The notes: generated by a model not told the origin, from the letters alone. DNA of 48,598 nt from Cytophagaceae bacterium (GCA_046313675.1 JBKBXU010000001.1:1-48598); one strand, 5' to 3'. Counted from the first letter of the stretch, positions 20,634-28,860 are shown. Numbers and translations are program-made.

Positions 20634-21431
20634 TTAGAAAACTGAGCTTGAATTGTCTTTTCGTTCTGTAAATACATAAAGTAGAATATGGGTTTTCTTC
20701 TTTGAGTTCAATTCGTCCGGTCCTGTATATATGTAATTGATTTTAAGTTCCGGGTGTTTATCTTCAAAAGCTTTAATCGTGTTTTCCATTGTAAACTTGT
20801 CTCCTAAAAATGGCATATCAAATTTGTAAACGCCATTAACAACTTCTTCTCCTTCAACGGGCTTTATTTTGTTTGCATAAGTTTCTTTTGAAAAGTCAAT
20901 AATGGAATAAGTAGTTATCGCTGTTAAAATCAAACCTGCCAATAGTCCGATTTTAATGTCTCTCGAAAATGAAAGTTTAATAATTCGTTCGTCTGTTAGA
21001 GAATTGTATTTGAATACCGCCCAGGAAACTATCAATATTATCCAAAATATAGCGTGTTCGAGCAAGGTAAACCTGTCTCCAAAAACTTGGTCGCCAATGG
21101 TGAAAAAACTGAACAAGAATACAGAAAATAAAATCCCTCTGTAAAACCACTGTTCTGAAATTTTTTCTTTTCCATTAAATAAGTTGATAAGGGCAAATAA
21201 ATAACAAACAAAAACGACAACTTCAATAAGTGAAACTCCTGCTAAGGCAAGGGTTGCAAAGATGGGGTCGGTAAGTCCCAAAGAACCAAAGAACTTGACA
21301 AATAAGGTATAAAAATCTGCACCTACCCATAATGGGTAAACGTCAGGAATAATTTTGTCTATAACGGTTAACGCTCCGAAAAATACCCAATATATTAGGA
21401 CAAGAAATTGTATGGTTTTTTTTTCTTTCAT
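20634..21431 (-). CDS. Membrane protein, downstream copy of a tandem paralogue pair (about 5 TM segments, 4 N-terminal plus 1 near residues 160-180, + C-terminal soluble domain)
   Basis: It shares with the upstream gene the blocks F.SLGL, IGDQ.FGD.F.LLEHA.FW.I...SW and a C-terminal F.(M/F)PFL....F.NTI..F...HP.L.I.YIYT.P. Confidence 0.7.
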   Translation of the reverse strand: MKEKKTIQFLVLIYWVFFGALTVIDKIIPDVYPLWVGADFYTLFVKFFGSLGLTDPIFATLALAGVSLIEVVVFVCYLFALINLFNGKEKISEQWFYRGILFSVFLFSFFTIGDQVFGDRFTLLEHAIFWIILIVSWAVFKYNSLTDERIIKLSFSRDIKIGLLAGLILTAITTYSIIDFSKETYANKIKPVEGEEVVNGVYKFDMPFLGDKFTMENTIKAFEDKHPELKINYIYTGPDELNSKKKTHILLYVFTERKDNSSSVF

Positions 21432-22237
21432 TTTTTGTCTGTTTGAATGTAAATGATAAGTCCATCTGATTCGCCCAATCTCAATGGTGTTGGCGCAGTA
21501 TATATGTATTGAATGCTTAAATCAGGGTGGTCTTCTTTAAACTTGGCAATGGTATTTTCAAATGCCTGGCTTCCTGCAAGAAAGGGGAACTGGATTTTAT
21601 ACTTGTTTTCAGTTACTTTAATTGCATCAACGGCTTGTGTCCTTTCAACAAACGCAGTATGGTTGTGCCAAAATATCGAAAAAGTAGTGATGGCACCAAG
21701 TACGGCAATAAGAGCCGTTGCAGAAACAAATTGTCTTGTATTGATTGAAAAATTGTCAAAAATTTGAATTTGGTCAATGTGTATGAAAATAATCCAGGAC
21801 AATAGCGTGATAAACCAAAACAAGGCGTGTTCTAAGAGTTCAAAGTGGTCGCCAAAAATTTGGTCGCCTATGGAAAAGTAGGTAAATATAATAAGCGTTA
21901 ATACGATTCCAATAAAAAACCAAGACCGCGAAGCCTCCATATTTTTCTTTATTAGATGAAGCAATGCACCTGAAAAAAACACAAAAGCAAAGATTTCTAA
22001 GCCTGCTGTAATAATCAGTGCAATGTTGGTTATTGCTGGGTTTCCAAGTCCAAGTGAGTCAAAAAACCGCTCGAATTGGGCAAATCTGTCTTTGCCCACA
22101 AATAGAAAATGTGCCCCACCAATAAGTTTGTCAACACTATTTAACAGCCAAAATAAGATCCAAAAGATAAGGATGAAATACCTGATTAAGTCTTTCCCAA
22201 TTATTCTTTTGATACTGTCTAAATTTTTATCTTCCAT
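21428..22237 (-). CDS. Membrane protein, upstream copy of the tandem paralogue pair
   Basis: Same architecture and conserved blocks as 20634..21431. Its stop overlaps the next start by 4 nt (ATGA). Confidence 0.7.
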   Translation of the reverse strand: MEDKNLDSIKRIIGKDLIRYFILIFWILFWLLNSVDKLIGGAHFLFVGKDRFAQFERFFDSLGLGNPAITNIALIITAGLEIFAFVFFSGALLHLIKKNMEASRSWFFIGIVLTLIIFTYFSIGDQIFGDHFELLEHALFWFITLLSWIIFIHIDQIQIFDNFSINTRQFVSATALIAVLGAITTFSIFWHNHTAFVERTQAVDAIKVTENKYKIQFPFLAGSQAFENTIAKFKEDHPDLSIQYIYTAPTPLRLGESDGLIIYIQTDKK

Positions 22238-22504
22238 GTGTCGCTATTTATAAAATAAACGTATGTTAATATCTGTCGTTTCTTGTCTGCACCCGGTTCG
22301 GTAAAATTACCTAAATAATGTCGGAACAACCCAATAAAGAACTTGACCATCCCATTCTCCACCACGTGCACAGGCTCATCATCTGAGCAGGGCCTTTTAA
22401 ATAAGCAAACCACATAGGAGAAATCAGGCTGATGGATCAGTTAAACATTGCATTCATGCCGGGTCGTACCGACCACACGAATGCTTAGTTATTAGCACCA
22501 ATTT

Positions 22505-22951
22505 TTATTCTTCGTGTTTATCCAGGTTCCAATCTTTATTCCCCCTTATTTCTTTCCATTTCCAATAAGTTTCATAAAATTTATCGTGCAACCAGTCATC
22601 TACTGGTTCTGGATTTTCACAAGGTTCTTCATCAATAACTTTAAGTCCACTCCAATCACCATTGTCGTTTTTAGGAAATCCAGTTCCGTCAAATAGGTTT
22701 AGCATATTAAAAACAACTCCAGCACTACTGTCAGCGATAACCTTTCTAAGTGCATTCCTTAAATGTTCGTTATTATTAAGCTGCTTAAGTGCTTCAATTT
22801 CTTGTTCAGTCAATCCGCAGTTGGGAGGATATGTCATAAAGTTAAAATCTTTTCTGTCGAGAATATTGGTAACTAAAATGCCTGCATATTCTTCAATGTC
22901 TTGATGAGTATCTAGAAGTAGTGTATTGGCGTTTGAATTTGATAAGTTCAT
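22505..22951 (-). CDS. Hypothetical cytoplasmic protein (148 aa)
   Basis: ATG start, no signal peptide, acidic/aromatic C-terminus (DDWLHDKFYETYWKWKE). No family recognised. Confidence 0.5.
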   Translation of the reverse strand: MNLSNSNANTLLLDTHQDIEEYAGILVTNILDRKDFNFMTYPPNCGLTEQEIEALKQLNNNEHLRNALRKVIADSSAGVVFNMLNLFDGTGFPKNDNGDWSGLKVIDEEPCENPEPVDDWLHDKFYETYWKWKEIRGNKDWNLDKHEE

Positions 22952-22989
22952 AGTTTTATGTTATTAAGGCCAAATAAATTCTTTTGCTT

Positions 22990-23202
22990 TTAAACTTTCT
23001 GGGTCAAACCACTCTTCTGCAATTTCCTGATAAATAGGTTGCCTTTTTTGTCGGTTTTTGTTTGAAATAAGTCTCCAACTGGTGCACCATGTAAGTATCT
23101 AAGTCGACCATTTGAATCAAATTTAACTTTTCCTTCATTAAGTAAGCCTTCAAACTTTGGCCAATTTATAATATTGTCTTTTGTTATTTTGATTCTTTCC
23201 AT
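22990..23202 (-). CDS. Hypothetical small protein (70 aa)
   Basis: ATG start, 38 nt upstream of the 148-aa ORF on the same strand. No family recognised. Confidence 0.4.
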   Translation of the reverse strand: MERIKITKDNIINWPKFEGLLNEGKVKFDSNGRLRYLHGAPVGDLFQTKTDKKGNLFIRKLQKSGLTQKV

Positions 23203-23239
23203 TGATTTTAAAGGTGTCGTTCCAAATTCTGACTAACGT

Positions 23240-23579
23240 TTAGTGTATGAAATGTGCCGGGTTTTGAACCACAAAAGTAGCTTTATTTGAATTTACTCGG
23301 TATCCAACTGCAATAATAACATCAAGACTATAAAAAGTTGTTTTATATTTTTTACCATCATCGGCAGTATGTTCCAAAAATGGAACTAACTGAATCTTCT
23401 TGTAATTCACCACTTTCAAAAATGTTTTTTAAATGCTTAGTGATCGCAGGTCTTTGCACGCCAAAAAGTTCGCCAAGAGACTTCTGGGTCATCCAAAAGG
23501 TTTCATCCTGATAGAACACCTCAATTTTGATGTTACCATCATCTCCTTTATAAAAAATTATTTCTGACTCTTTTGCCAT
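23240..23579 (-). pseudogene. RhuM-family (virulence/Fic-associated) gene remnant, frameshifted and 3'-truncated
   Basis: ORF 23358..23579 reads IIFYKGDDGNIKIEVFYQDETFWMTQKSLGELFGVQRPAITKHLKNIFESGELQEDSV, the typical RhuM N-terminus. After a frame change at the A5/T5 run (23376-23380) the next frame reads EHTADDGKKYKTTFYSLDVIIAVGYRVNSNKAT, the next conserved RhuM block. It then diverges and stops at 23240, so roughly two thirds of a normal RhuM is missing. Confidence 0.7.
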
Positions 23580-23887
23580 TTAATATTCATTCAAAAAATA
23601 AAACTATTACTGTATCCTTTAATGTATCATTTCTTTGCATGAATGCCTACTATTATATAATCCGAAACTAGTTTCGCATATATCCCATATATCCGTAGTT
23701 GAAGCCTTATTTTATATAATTACAGACAGCAAGCCACTGATTACAGGCCTATTAAAACTAAGCCTAATTTCTAAAAACGCAAAGAAAGTGTTGCTTTTTT
23801 ACTTCTTCGGTGTTTTGGTCAATATCAAACCTGAATTAAGCAAAACAATTATGAAAAACCGTTTGTAATCATTTGAAACGTTCACTA

Positions 23888-24070
23888 ACGGATCCGGGCC
23901 TCAACATAGACCTGACACCAACCGTCCACCCGGAGACGCTATGCGCCAGGGACGCGTAAGGCAGCCGACGAAGGAGGCTGGTACAAGTACGGAAGCGATA
24001 GCAGACCCTGAAGCAGGCCCGGTGACACAGCGGCAAGTGGGCTGATACGTGTAGCTGTGGCAGGCGCCCA
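23888..24070. other. GC-rich non-coding island; candidate structured RNA or relic of foreign DNA
   Basis: Hand count gives 113 G+C in 23891-24070 (about 63%), inside AT-rich flanks. Long-range complement CCGGGCCT (23894-23901) / AGGCCCGG (24015-24022). Local hairpins CGTCC(23923-27)/GGACG(23950-54), CAGCC(23962-66)/GGCTG(23976-80) and CAGC(24028-31)/GCTG(24041-44). No ORF with a start codon. Confidence 0.4.
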
Positions 24071-24246
24071 AATCAAACTAGTATTTCATAAGGCTACCAG
24101 AATTCTGAGAATTATTAATAATTTTGAAATGTTTTATGTATAATGATGTCTAATTATTACTAAAATATTCTGAGAAAGCCTTTTAATAAAGCATTGTGAG
24201 GAGTGGATTCGTTTTAGGGTCTTTTTCCGGATTATAACTTGAGGTT

Positions 24247-25902
24247 ATGGCAAAGAACGTAAATAGTGGAAGTATATCTGATTCAGGCATTGAATATTCA
24301 AGATTTGTCGCATTTGTAAAATATCTTTTAGAAGAAAATTTTGAAGAGCAAATAATAGAAGATAATATTCAACGGAGTAAGGAGATCGATTTACCTATTT
24401 TTCAGCACATGTTCGTTGTTGATGAAACAAGCCTCCGTGGGTTATTTAAAGATCGTTTTATTGAAAGATTTCTGCGTCCAATATCAGAAGGAAGAGGAAT
24501 GGAGAGTTCCGTCCAAAATCTTGAAAATTGGAAGAGCGGCCTGAATCTGATTGTGTCGAAAGACCGCGTTACCATGAATGATATTTTTCTTATTGTACAG
24601 ACAAGAAAAGCCACACTGATTAATTTTTTAACGAATTATTCAAAGGAACCTTCGGTATGGACAGGGGTGCTGGAAGATTTGGAAGCCTTTTTCGGAAGAA
24701 TTCAGCTCTTAAGTATTGATGCGTATCAGGATATATTGCAGGACAGGCTGGAAAGGAATGACCGGATATTGAATACCATCATTGATAGCATGCCGGTAAT
24801 TATTACCAGCTTTGATGAAAATGCAAATTACCTTGAAATAAAAGGCTCCGGGCTAAAATACATTGGATTAAAAGAAAATGAACTTGTAGGTAAAAATTTG
24901 TACGATGCATATCCAGACGCCGAAAACCTGAGATATGTTTTTCAAAATCAAAATAGCCATAGATTCGAAGGGCATATTACCTATAATGGCGAAAAAAGAG
25001 TTTATGACAATTTTTATTTCCCTGATAAAGCGGGAGGAATTACAGGTTTCAGCCTGGATATTACAGACCGGAAAAAAGTGGAAGACAAACTTCGGGCGAG
25101 TGAAGCAAGTCTGTCAAAGTTAAACAGTGATTTGGAAGAAAGGGTCATAATACGAACGGAAGAACTGGAAAACAGCAAAGAAGAATTGCTGGTAATGAAC
25201 GAGGAATTGAAAAGTAAGAATGATCAACTGATAAAAATTAATAATGACCTGGATAATTTTATTTATACAGCTTCTCATGATTTGAAAGCACCTATAAGTA
25301 ATATCGAAGGCCTTGTGGAGCATCTAAGTGAGCAGGATTTGGGTTCTAAAGATTTTCATACATTGATGGAAATGATCCATCTAAGCATAAAAAGGTTTAA
25401 AGATACTATTCAGGATCTGACCGAAATTGCAAAGATTCAAAGAGGGCAGGATGACATAAATGAGTTAAATAATCTTGAAGACTTATTGCGTGGCATTGAA
25501 GAGGACCTTTCAAAAAATATCAATGAGGTAAAACCAATTGTAGAGAGGACTTTTTCTGTAAACGAAATAGTTTTTCCGAAAAAAGACCTCAGGAGTATAT
25601 TAATGAATCTTTACAGCAATTCGCTGAAATATCATGATACTTCCCGAAAATCTCACATCACAATTGAATCCGGAAGGCTGGGAGGAAAAACTTTTATATC
25701 CTTCAGGGACAACGGATTGGGGATTCCTGAGAATAAAAGAGAACTTGTTTTTCAAATGTTTAAGCGTGCTCACCAACATGTGGAAGGTACCGGTTTGGGG
25801 CTTTATATAGTAAAAAGAATCATGGAAAATCATGGAGGCAGAGTGGAATTAGAAAGTAATGAGGGCGAGGGAACGGCTTTTACTTTGTTTTTTCCAGGGT
25901 AG
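24247..25902 (+). CDS. Cytoplasmic PAS-domain sensor histidine kinase (orphan, no adjacent regulator)
   Basis: No TM segments. A PAS-like segment (LNTIIDSMPVIITSFDENANYLEIKGSGL...) and a coiled coil are followed by the H-box YTASHDLKAPISNIEG, N-box LMNLYSNSLKY, and G-boxes FRDNGLGIP and GTGLGLYIVKRIMENHGG. The first ~170 aa match nothing I recognise. Confidence 0.85.
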   Translation: MAKNVNSGSISDSGIEYSRFVAFVKYLLEENFEEQIIEDNIQRSKEIDLPIFQHMFVVDETSLRGLFKDRFIERFLRPISEGRGMESSVQNLENWKSGLNLIVSKDRVTMNDIFLIVQTRKATLINFLTNYSKEPSVWTGVLEDLEAFFGRIQLLSIDAYQDILQDRLERNDRILNTIIDSMPVIITSFDENANYLEIKGSGLKYIGLKENELVGKNLYDAYPDAENLRYVFQNQNSHRFEGHITYNGEKRVYDNFYFPDKAGGITGFSLDITDRKKVEDKLRASEASLSKLNSDLEERVIIRTEELENSKEELLVMNEELKSKNDQLIKINNDLDNFIYTASHDLKAPISNIEGLVEHLSEQDLGSKDFHTLMEMIHLSIKRFKDTIQDLTEIAKIQRGQDDINELNNLEDLLRGIEEDLSKNINEVKPIVERTFSVNEIVFPKKDLRSILMNLYSNSLKYHDTSRKSHITIESGRLGGKTFISFRDNGLGIPENKRELVFQMFKRAHQHVEGTGLGLYIVKRIMENHGGRVELESNEGEGTAFTLFFPG

Positions 25903-25918
25903 CTACCACCATTATTTA

Positions 25919-26233
25919 TCATTTACTGTTTCTGGTATACCATAATCCGGCCAAAAAAATAGCAGGAGTCACTATAAAAACACTCCGAATCACGGTTCTT
26001 TTTATGTTTTTGATTCGCTCTTTGCGATTTATTAACTCAGAAATTCGTTCCCTAAGCTTTATAAGCTCCATTTCAATAACTAATTCATTGGCTACTCTGT
26101 GCAGTTGAATTTCCTTCGCCAGGGAAGAATCATAATTAAGCCTCTCCTCTATCCATTGCTTGTTTTCCGGGTCTAACTCATTATTGAGGTATTTTTCTGC
26201 AATTATAAATTCGTCGGTAAGTCCTGTTGTCAT
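25919..26233 (-). CDS. Hypothetical C-terminally membrane-anchored protein (104 aa)
   Basis: The N-terminal helical region (EKYLNNELDPENKQWIEERLNYDSSLAKEI) resembles the N-termini of Bacteroidota anti-sigma-like proteins. A single TM lies near the C-terminus (VFIVTPAIFLAGLWY). Confidence 0.45.
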   Translation of the reverse strand: MTTGLTDEFIIAEKYLNNELDPENKQWIEERLNYDSSLAKEIQLHRVANELVIEMELIKLRERISELINRKERIKNIKRTVIRSVFIVTPAIFLAGLWYTRNSK

Positions 26234-26439
26234 AAAATGGTACTTTATAAAACAACAATGGAATGTCTATTAAGGTTAAGGGAAGAGGGGGTAAAAATTT
26301 AACTTATTTTACCATTGTTGTCAGGGGAAATTTAATTTGACTGTTAAAATCTTCGAAATTCGTAAAACATTAAGAATTTTATTACTCTTTTAAAAAGGAA
26401 CCCCTTCTAAATTGATTTTAACTTCAAAATGGGTTATTT

Positions 26440-26660
26440 AACCAAGTTTTGACCTCGCCGGTCGGGCATTACTTTTCTCCTTAATGAGAAAAGTAACCAA
26501 AAGAATCAAGGCCTGTGAGTAAATTTGCTAAAACTTCCATTTTTTCCGCTAAAACTTTTGAAAATCACCTCCTTCGTCGGCTCAAACATCAAAATTTTTT
26601 ACGCTTCAAAAATGAAAATTTCTTAACCTGTCTGCCGCAGGCAGGCGCAATTTCCTCAAG
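26440..26660. other. Hairpin-rich non-coding element
   Basis: Perfect 11-bp hairpin TTACTTTTCTC/GAGAAAAGTAA (26469-26496, 6-nt loop). GC hairpin around TGCC-GCA-GGCA (26630-26646). It carries CCTCCTTCGTCGGCT (26568-26582), the exact reverse complement of 23963-23977 in the GC island. It lies within a 480-nt gene-free gap. Confidence 0.4.
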
Positions 26661-26714
26661 AGCCCTAAATTCCGATCAAACAGTACGTTAAATTATTATA
26701 ACCGGATACTAATG

Positions 26715-27161
26715 TTATTTTACAAACCATTTGGCTGCAGTTTTGTCCGAATTATTTCCTTTTGGGGTATGCTCTCCTATCAGCCAGCGTGACATGATAC
26801 GTTCGCCATTGGTATTCATTATAAAATACCAATGGTAGGCATTGTCCTGAAAAAGTAATTGGTCTCCCTGAAAAATCACGCTTATGTGGCTGGAATTCTG
26901 CATGTATACTATGCCGTTTTTGATCCAGAGATGTTCTGCATTTGCAATGTATTCTAACTCCTTATTGTAAGCCATTACCCTTACTTCTTTCCCATTTCGG
27001 ACGGCTTCTGCTAGTTTTTCAATGCTTCCTGATATGGGTTTTCCCTGCTGATCATGTTCAAATACAAGTTCCCAATTGTCTCTACTATGTCTGGGTACGG
27101 TACAGGCATAGCTTAATAATATTATTAGCACAAAAAGGTGAAGCTGTTTTAAGTGTTTCAT
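26715..27161 (-). CDS. Hypothetical secreted/lipoprotein (148 aa)
   Basis: Signal peptide MKHLKQLHLFVLIILLSYAC. No family recognised. Confidence 0.55.
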   Translation of the reverse strand: MKHLKQLHLFVLIILLSYACTVPRHSRDNWELVFEHDQQGKPISGSIEKLAEAVRNGKEVRVMAYNKELEYIANAEHLWIKNGIVYMQNSSHISVIFQGDQLLFQDNAYHWYFIMNTNGERIMSRWLIGEHTPKGNNSDKTAAKWFVK

Positions 27162-27175
27162 TTTGGGTTCCTTTA

Positions 27176-27430
27176 TTATAAAATACGCTTTTTAATAATC
27201 CAAATATCTTGTGGAATGGCCTTACCTTTTTCCGGAATCGGTTCCATGTGTTCCATAATATTGGTATTTGAAAATAAGTTGTGCATAAAAGGCTTAGGGT
27301 GAAAAGCAGAATAGGTTCTGTGGCCTTCCTTAACTTTTCCACGGACAATGAGTTTTCCCTGATTGTATTCCTTTAATTCGTTTTCGGTAAGTTTCGATGT
27401 AAAATTATCACCTTGTGTCGTTAAAGACAA
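27176..27430 (-). CDS. Hypothetical ORF (84 aa, TTG start only); in frame with the upstream gene across one TAA
   Basis: No ATG until codon 49. It is in the same reading frame as 27470..28093, separated only by TAA (27470-27472) and 13 sense codons. Confidence 0.3.
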   Translation of the reverse strand: MSLTTQGDNFTSKLTENELKEYNQGKLIVRGKVKEGHRTYSAFHPKPFMHNLFSNTNIMEHMEPIPEKGKAIPQDIWIIKKRIL

Positions 27431-27469
27431 TGTCTTAAAAAATAGTATAGCCGGATTAAGCTTGCAAAG

Positions 27470-28093
27470 TTATAACGCATATCCTATATTAATCAATTCG
27501 GCTAGATTTTTTTCTGATAAGTTTTTTTCGTTTCTTAATAGCCCCAGCTTTCCTGTTACTTCTATCGTTAAGCCCTTAATATTATCCAGTGTGCTTAATA
27601 TACTTCTGGGGAATTCCTGGTGTATCAAAGCAGGCTTTTCTCCTACCAGATAATAGTTGCTGCTGAAACGGGGAAATTCTTTGAAGTCAATATCCATGCG
27701 GTTGACGAGATCAGCAATTTTATCCCCCAGGGTTTCCGGTTTCATATATACCTTTCCGATGTCTTTGGGAAGTTTGAATACCAAGACAGGTTCGACTTCT
27801 TCTATTTCAACTACACGTCTATGGTGTATGCTTCGTCCCTGCCGAATTATTTTGCTGTGTTTTTCAATAAGTAAAATCAGGAATGTTTTTCCTGGTGTAA
27901 TAAACTCAGTTACTTTATGAACATACAGTTTTTCGTAGACCTTAAGTGATTCGAATTTATCCAGTATCTTAACTCCTGTATCAAGTTTTTTATGCTGAAC
28001 TTTTATAGCTGGGTTAACTCTTTGCAGAACAGTTTCAAATACATTTTCAACAGACCGTTCTATTTGACGAAAACTATGATTGCTGTCATTCAT
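27470..28093 (-). CDS. Hypothetical cytoplasmic protein (207 aa)
   Basis: ATG start, no signal peptide. No family recognised. Confidence 0.5.
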   Translation of the reverse strand: MNDSNHSFRQIERSVENVFETVLQRVNPAIKVQHKKLDTGVKILDKFESLKVYEKLYVHKVTEFITPGKTFLILLIEKHSKIIRQGRSIHHRRVVEIEEVEPVLVFKLPKDIGKVYMKPETLGDKIADLVNRMDIDFKEFPRFSSNYYLVGEKPALIHQEFPRSILSTLDNIKGLTIEVTGKLGLLRNEKNLSEKNLAELINIGYAL

Positions 28094-28104
28094 TGAGGAA
28101 TAAA

Positions 28105-28330
28105 TTTACCAGTTTTTAAGAAGTTTATGTGTTTCTACATGACCCTCATTCCATAATTCCACATGATAAAGGCCAGGTAAGGTGGAGATATCAATTGGTG
28201 CGGATTCTTTAATGTGCTTTATATGCATAACCGTATTCCCCAAGGGCATCCATTATTTTAGACTTATTCCAGCGGCAATATTAGAAAACGCTACGGTATG
28301 ATTGGCAGGATTAGGATAGGCTATGCTTTT
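28105..28330 (-). pseudogene. Relic T9SS C-terminal sorting domain (orphan tail, multiply frameshifted)
   Basis: Minus-strand frames read AYPNPANHTVAFSNIAAGISLK (stop). With shifts at a G4 run they continue IMDALG / NTVMHIKHIKESAPIDISTLPGLYHVELWNEGHVETHKLLKNW (stop 28105-28107). Together this is the canonical Por_Secre_tail pattern, but no cargo domain lies upstream. Confidence 0.6.
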
Positions 28331-28457
28331 ACTTTTAGAATGGCTTAGCCTTGATCTTCCCTGCAAGCAGTCGCTTTGAACATAGTTTGTAAAAAAATTG
28401 GCCATATTCCGGGTCCGGTTATTCAATGTGGTTTTTAGCAGATGCATTATAGGTAAG

Positions 28458-28859
28458 TTACTCAAAAAAAGACAGGTTGTCTTCATTTTCTTTTATTTTT
28501 TTCCATGTAGGCAGTTGCTGATGTTTGACTTTATAAATCACCTGTCCTATGCTGAAATCCGGAGCTTTGGTGTAGATTATTCTTTCAAACATCAATTGTC
28601 TTGATGCTGATTTATAATACTTAACCACTTTGGGACTGACATTCGACTGGACCTCATGTATGCTTGAAACATACCCTTCCTTGTTTACTGAAATTTTCAG
28701 AACAATGGTTCCTGATTCATTGAAGGTTTTGGTGATAAGTGGCAGATTTATTGGTTGCCAGCCATACAAATGTAAAGTTATTTCTTCACTGCTTGGGCTG
28801 AAAGAGCTGAAAATAGTAAATACTATTATTAATGACAGTTTGATGAAAAAGTGTTTCAT
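28458..28859 (-). CDS. Secreted protein with TonB-C-terminal-like fold (tentative)
   Basis: Signal peptide MKHFFIKLSLIIVFTIFSSF. GTIVLKISVNKEGYVSSIHEVQS...SASRQLMFE resembles the TonB_C energy-transducer pattern. Confidence 0.35.
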   Translation of the reverse strand: MKHFFIKLSLIIVFTIFSSFSPSSEEITLHLYGWQPINLPLITKTFNESGTIVLKISVNKEGYVSSIHEVQSNVSPKVVKYYKSASRQLMFERIIYTKAPDFSIGQVIYKVKHQQLPTWKKIKENEDNLSFFE

Positions 28860-28860
28860 A

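Noticed and set aside
22219-22413. 64-aa minus-strand ORF upstream of the paralogue pair (contains a DDE-like string, SDDEPVHVVENG)
   Set aside because: It overlaps the start of gene 21428-22237, and I cannot tie any motif to a transposase family. It is probably non-coding leader DNA or a decayed fragment.
23869-24045. GC-rich island as a protein-coding fragment (an open frame of ~59 codons)
   Set aside because: The only start codon is an internal ATG at 23941, which would give about 34 codons. The frame is bounded by stops, and the composition is unlike every real gene in the window. It cannot be excluded as a relic of a foreign gene without a database search.
23888-24070. GC-rich island as tRNA, tmRNA, RNase P RNA, SRP (4.5S) RNA, or a TPP/cobalamin riboswitch
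   Set aside because: I could not find a T-loop (GGTTCGAATCC-like), a tmRNA tag/acceptor end, or the RNase P GAGGAAAGTCC block. I also could not find a GGAA tetraloop closed by a proper SRP helix 8, or the TPP (CTGAGA..ACCTGA..GGGA) and B12-box cores in the right arrangement. The 3' end loosely resembles the E. coli 4.5S tail (GTAGCTG..GGCAGG..GCCC), but no complementary 5' arm exists. It is left as unclassified.
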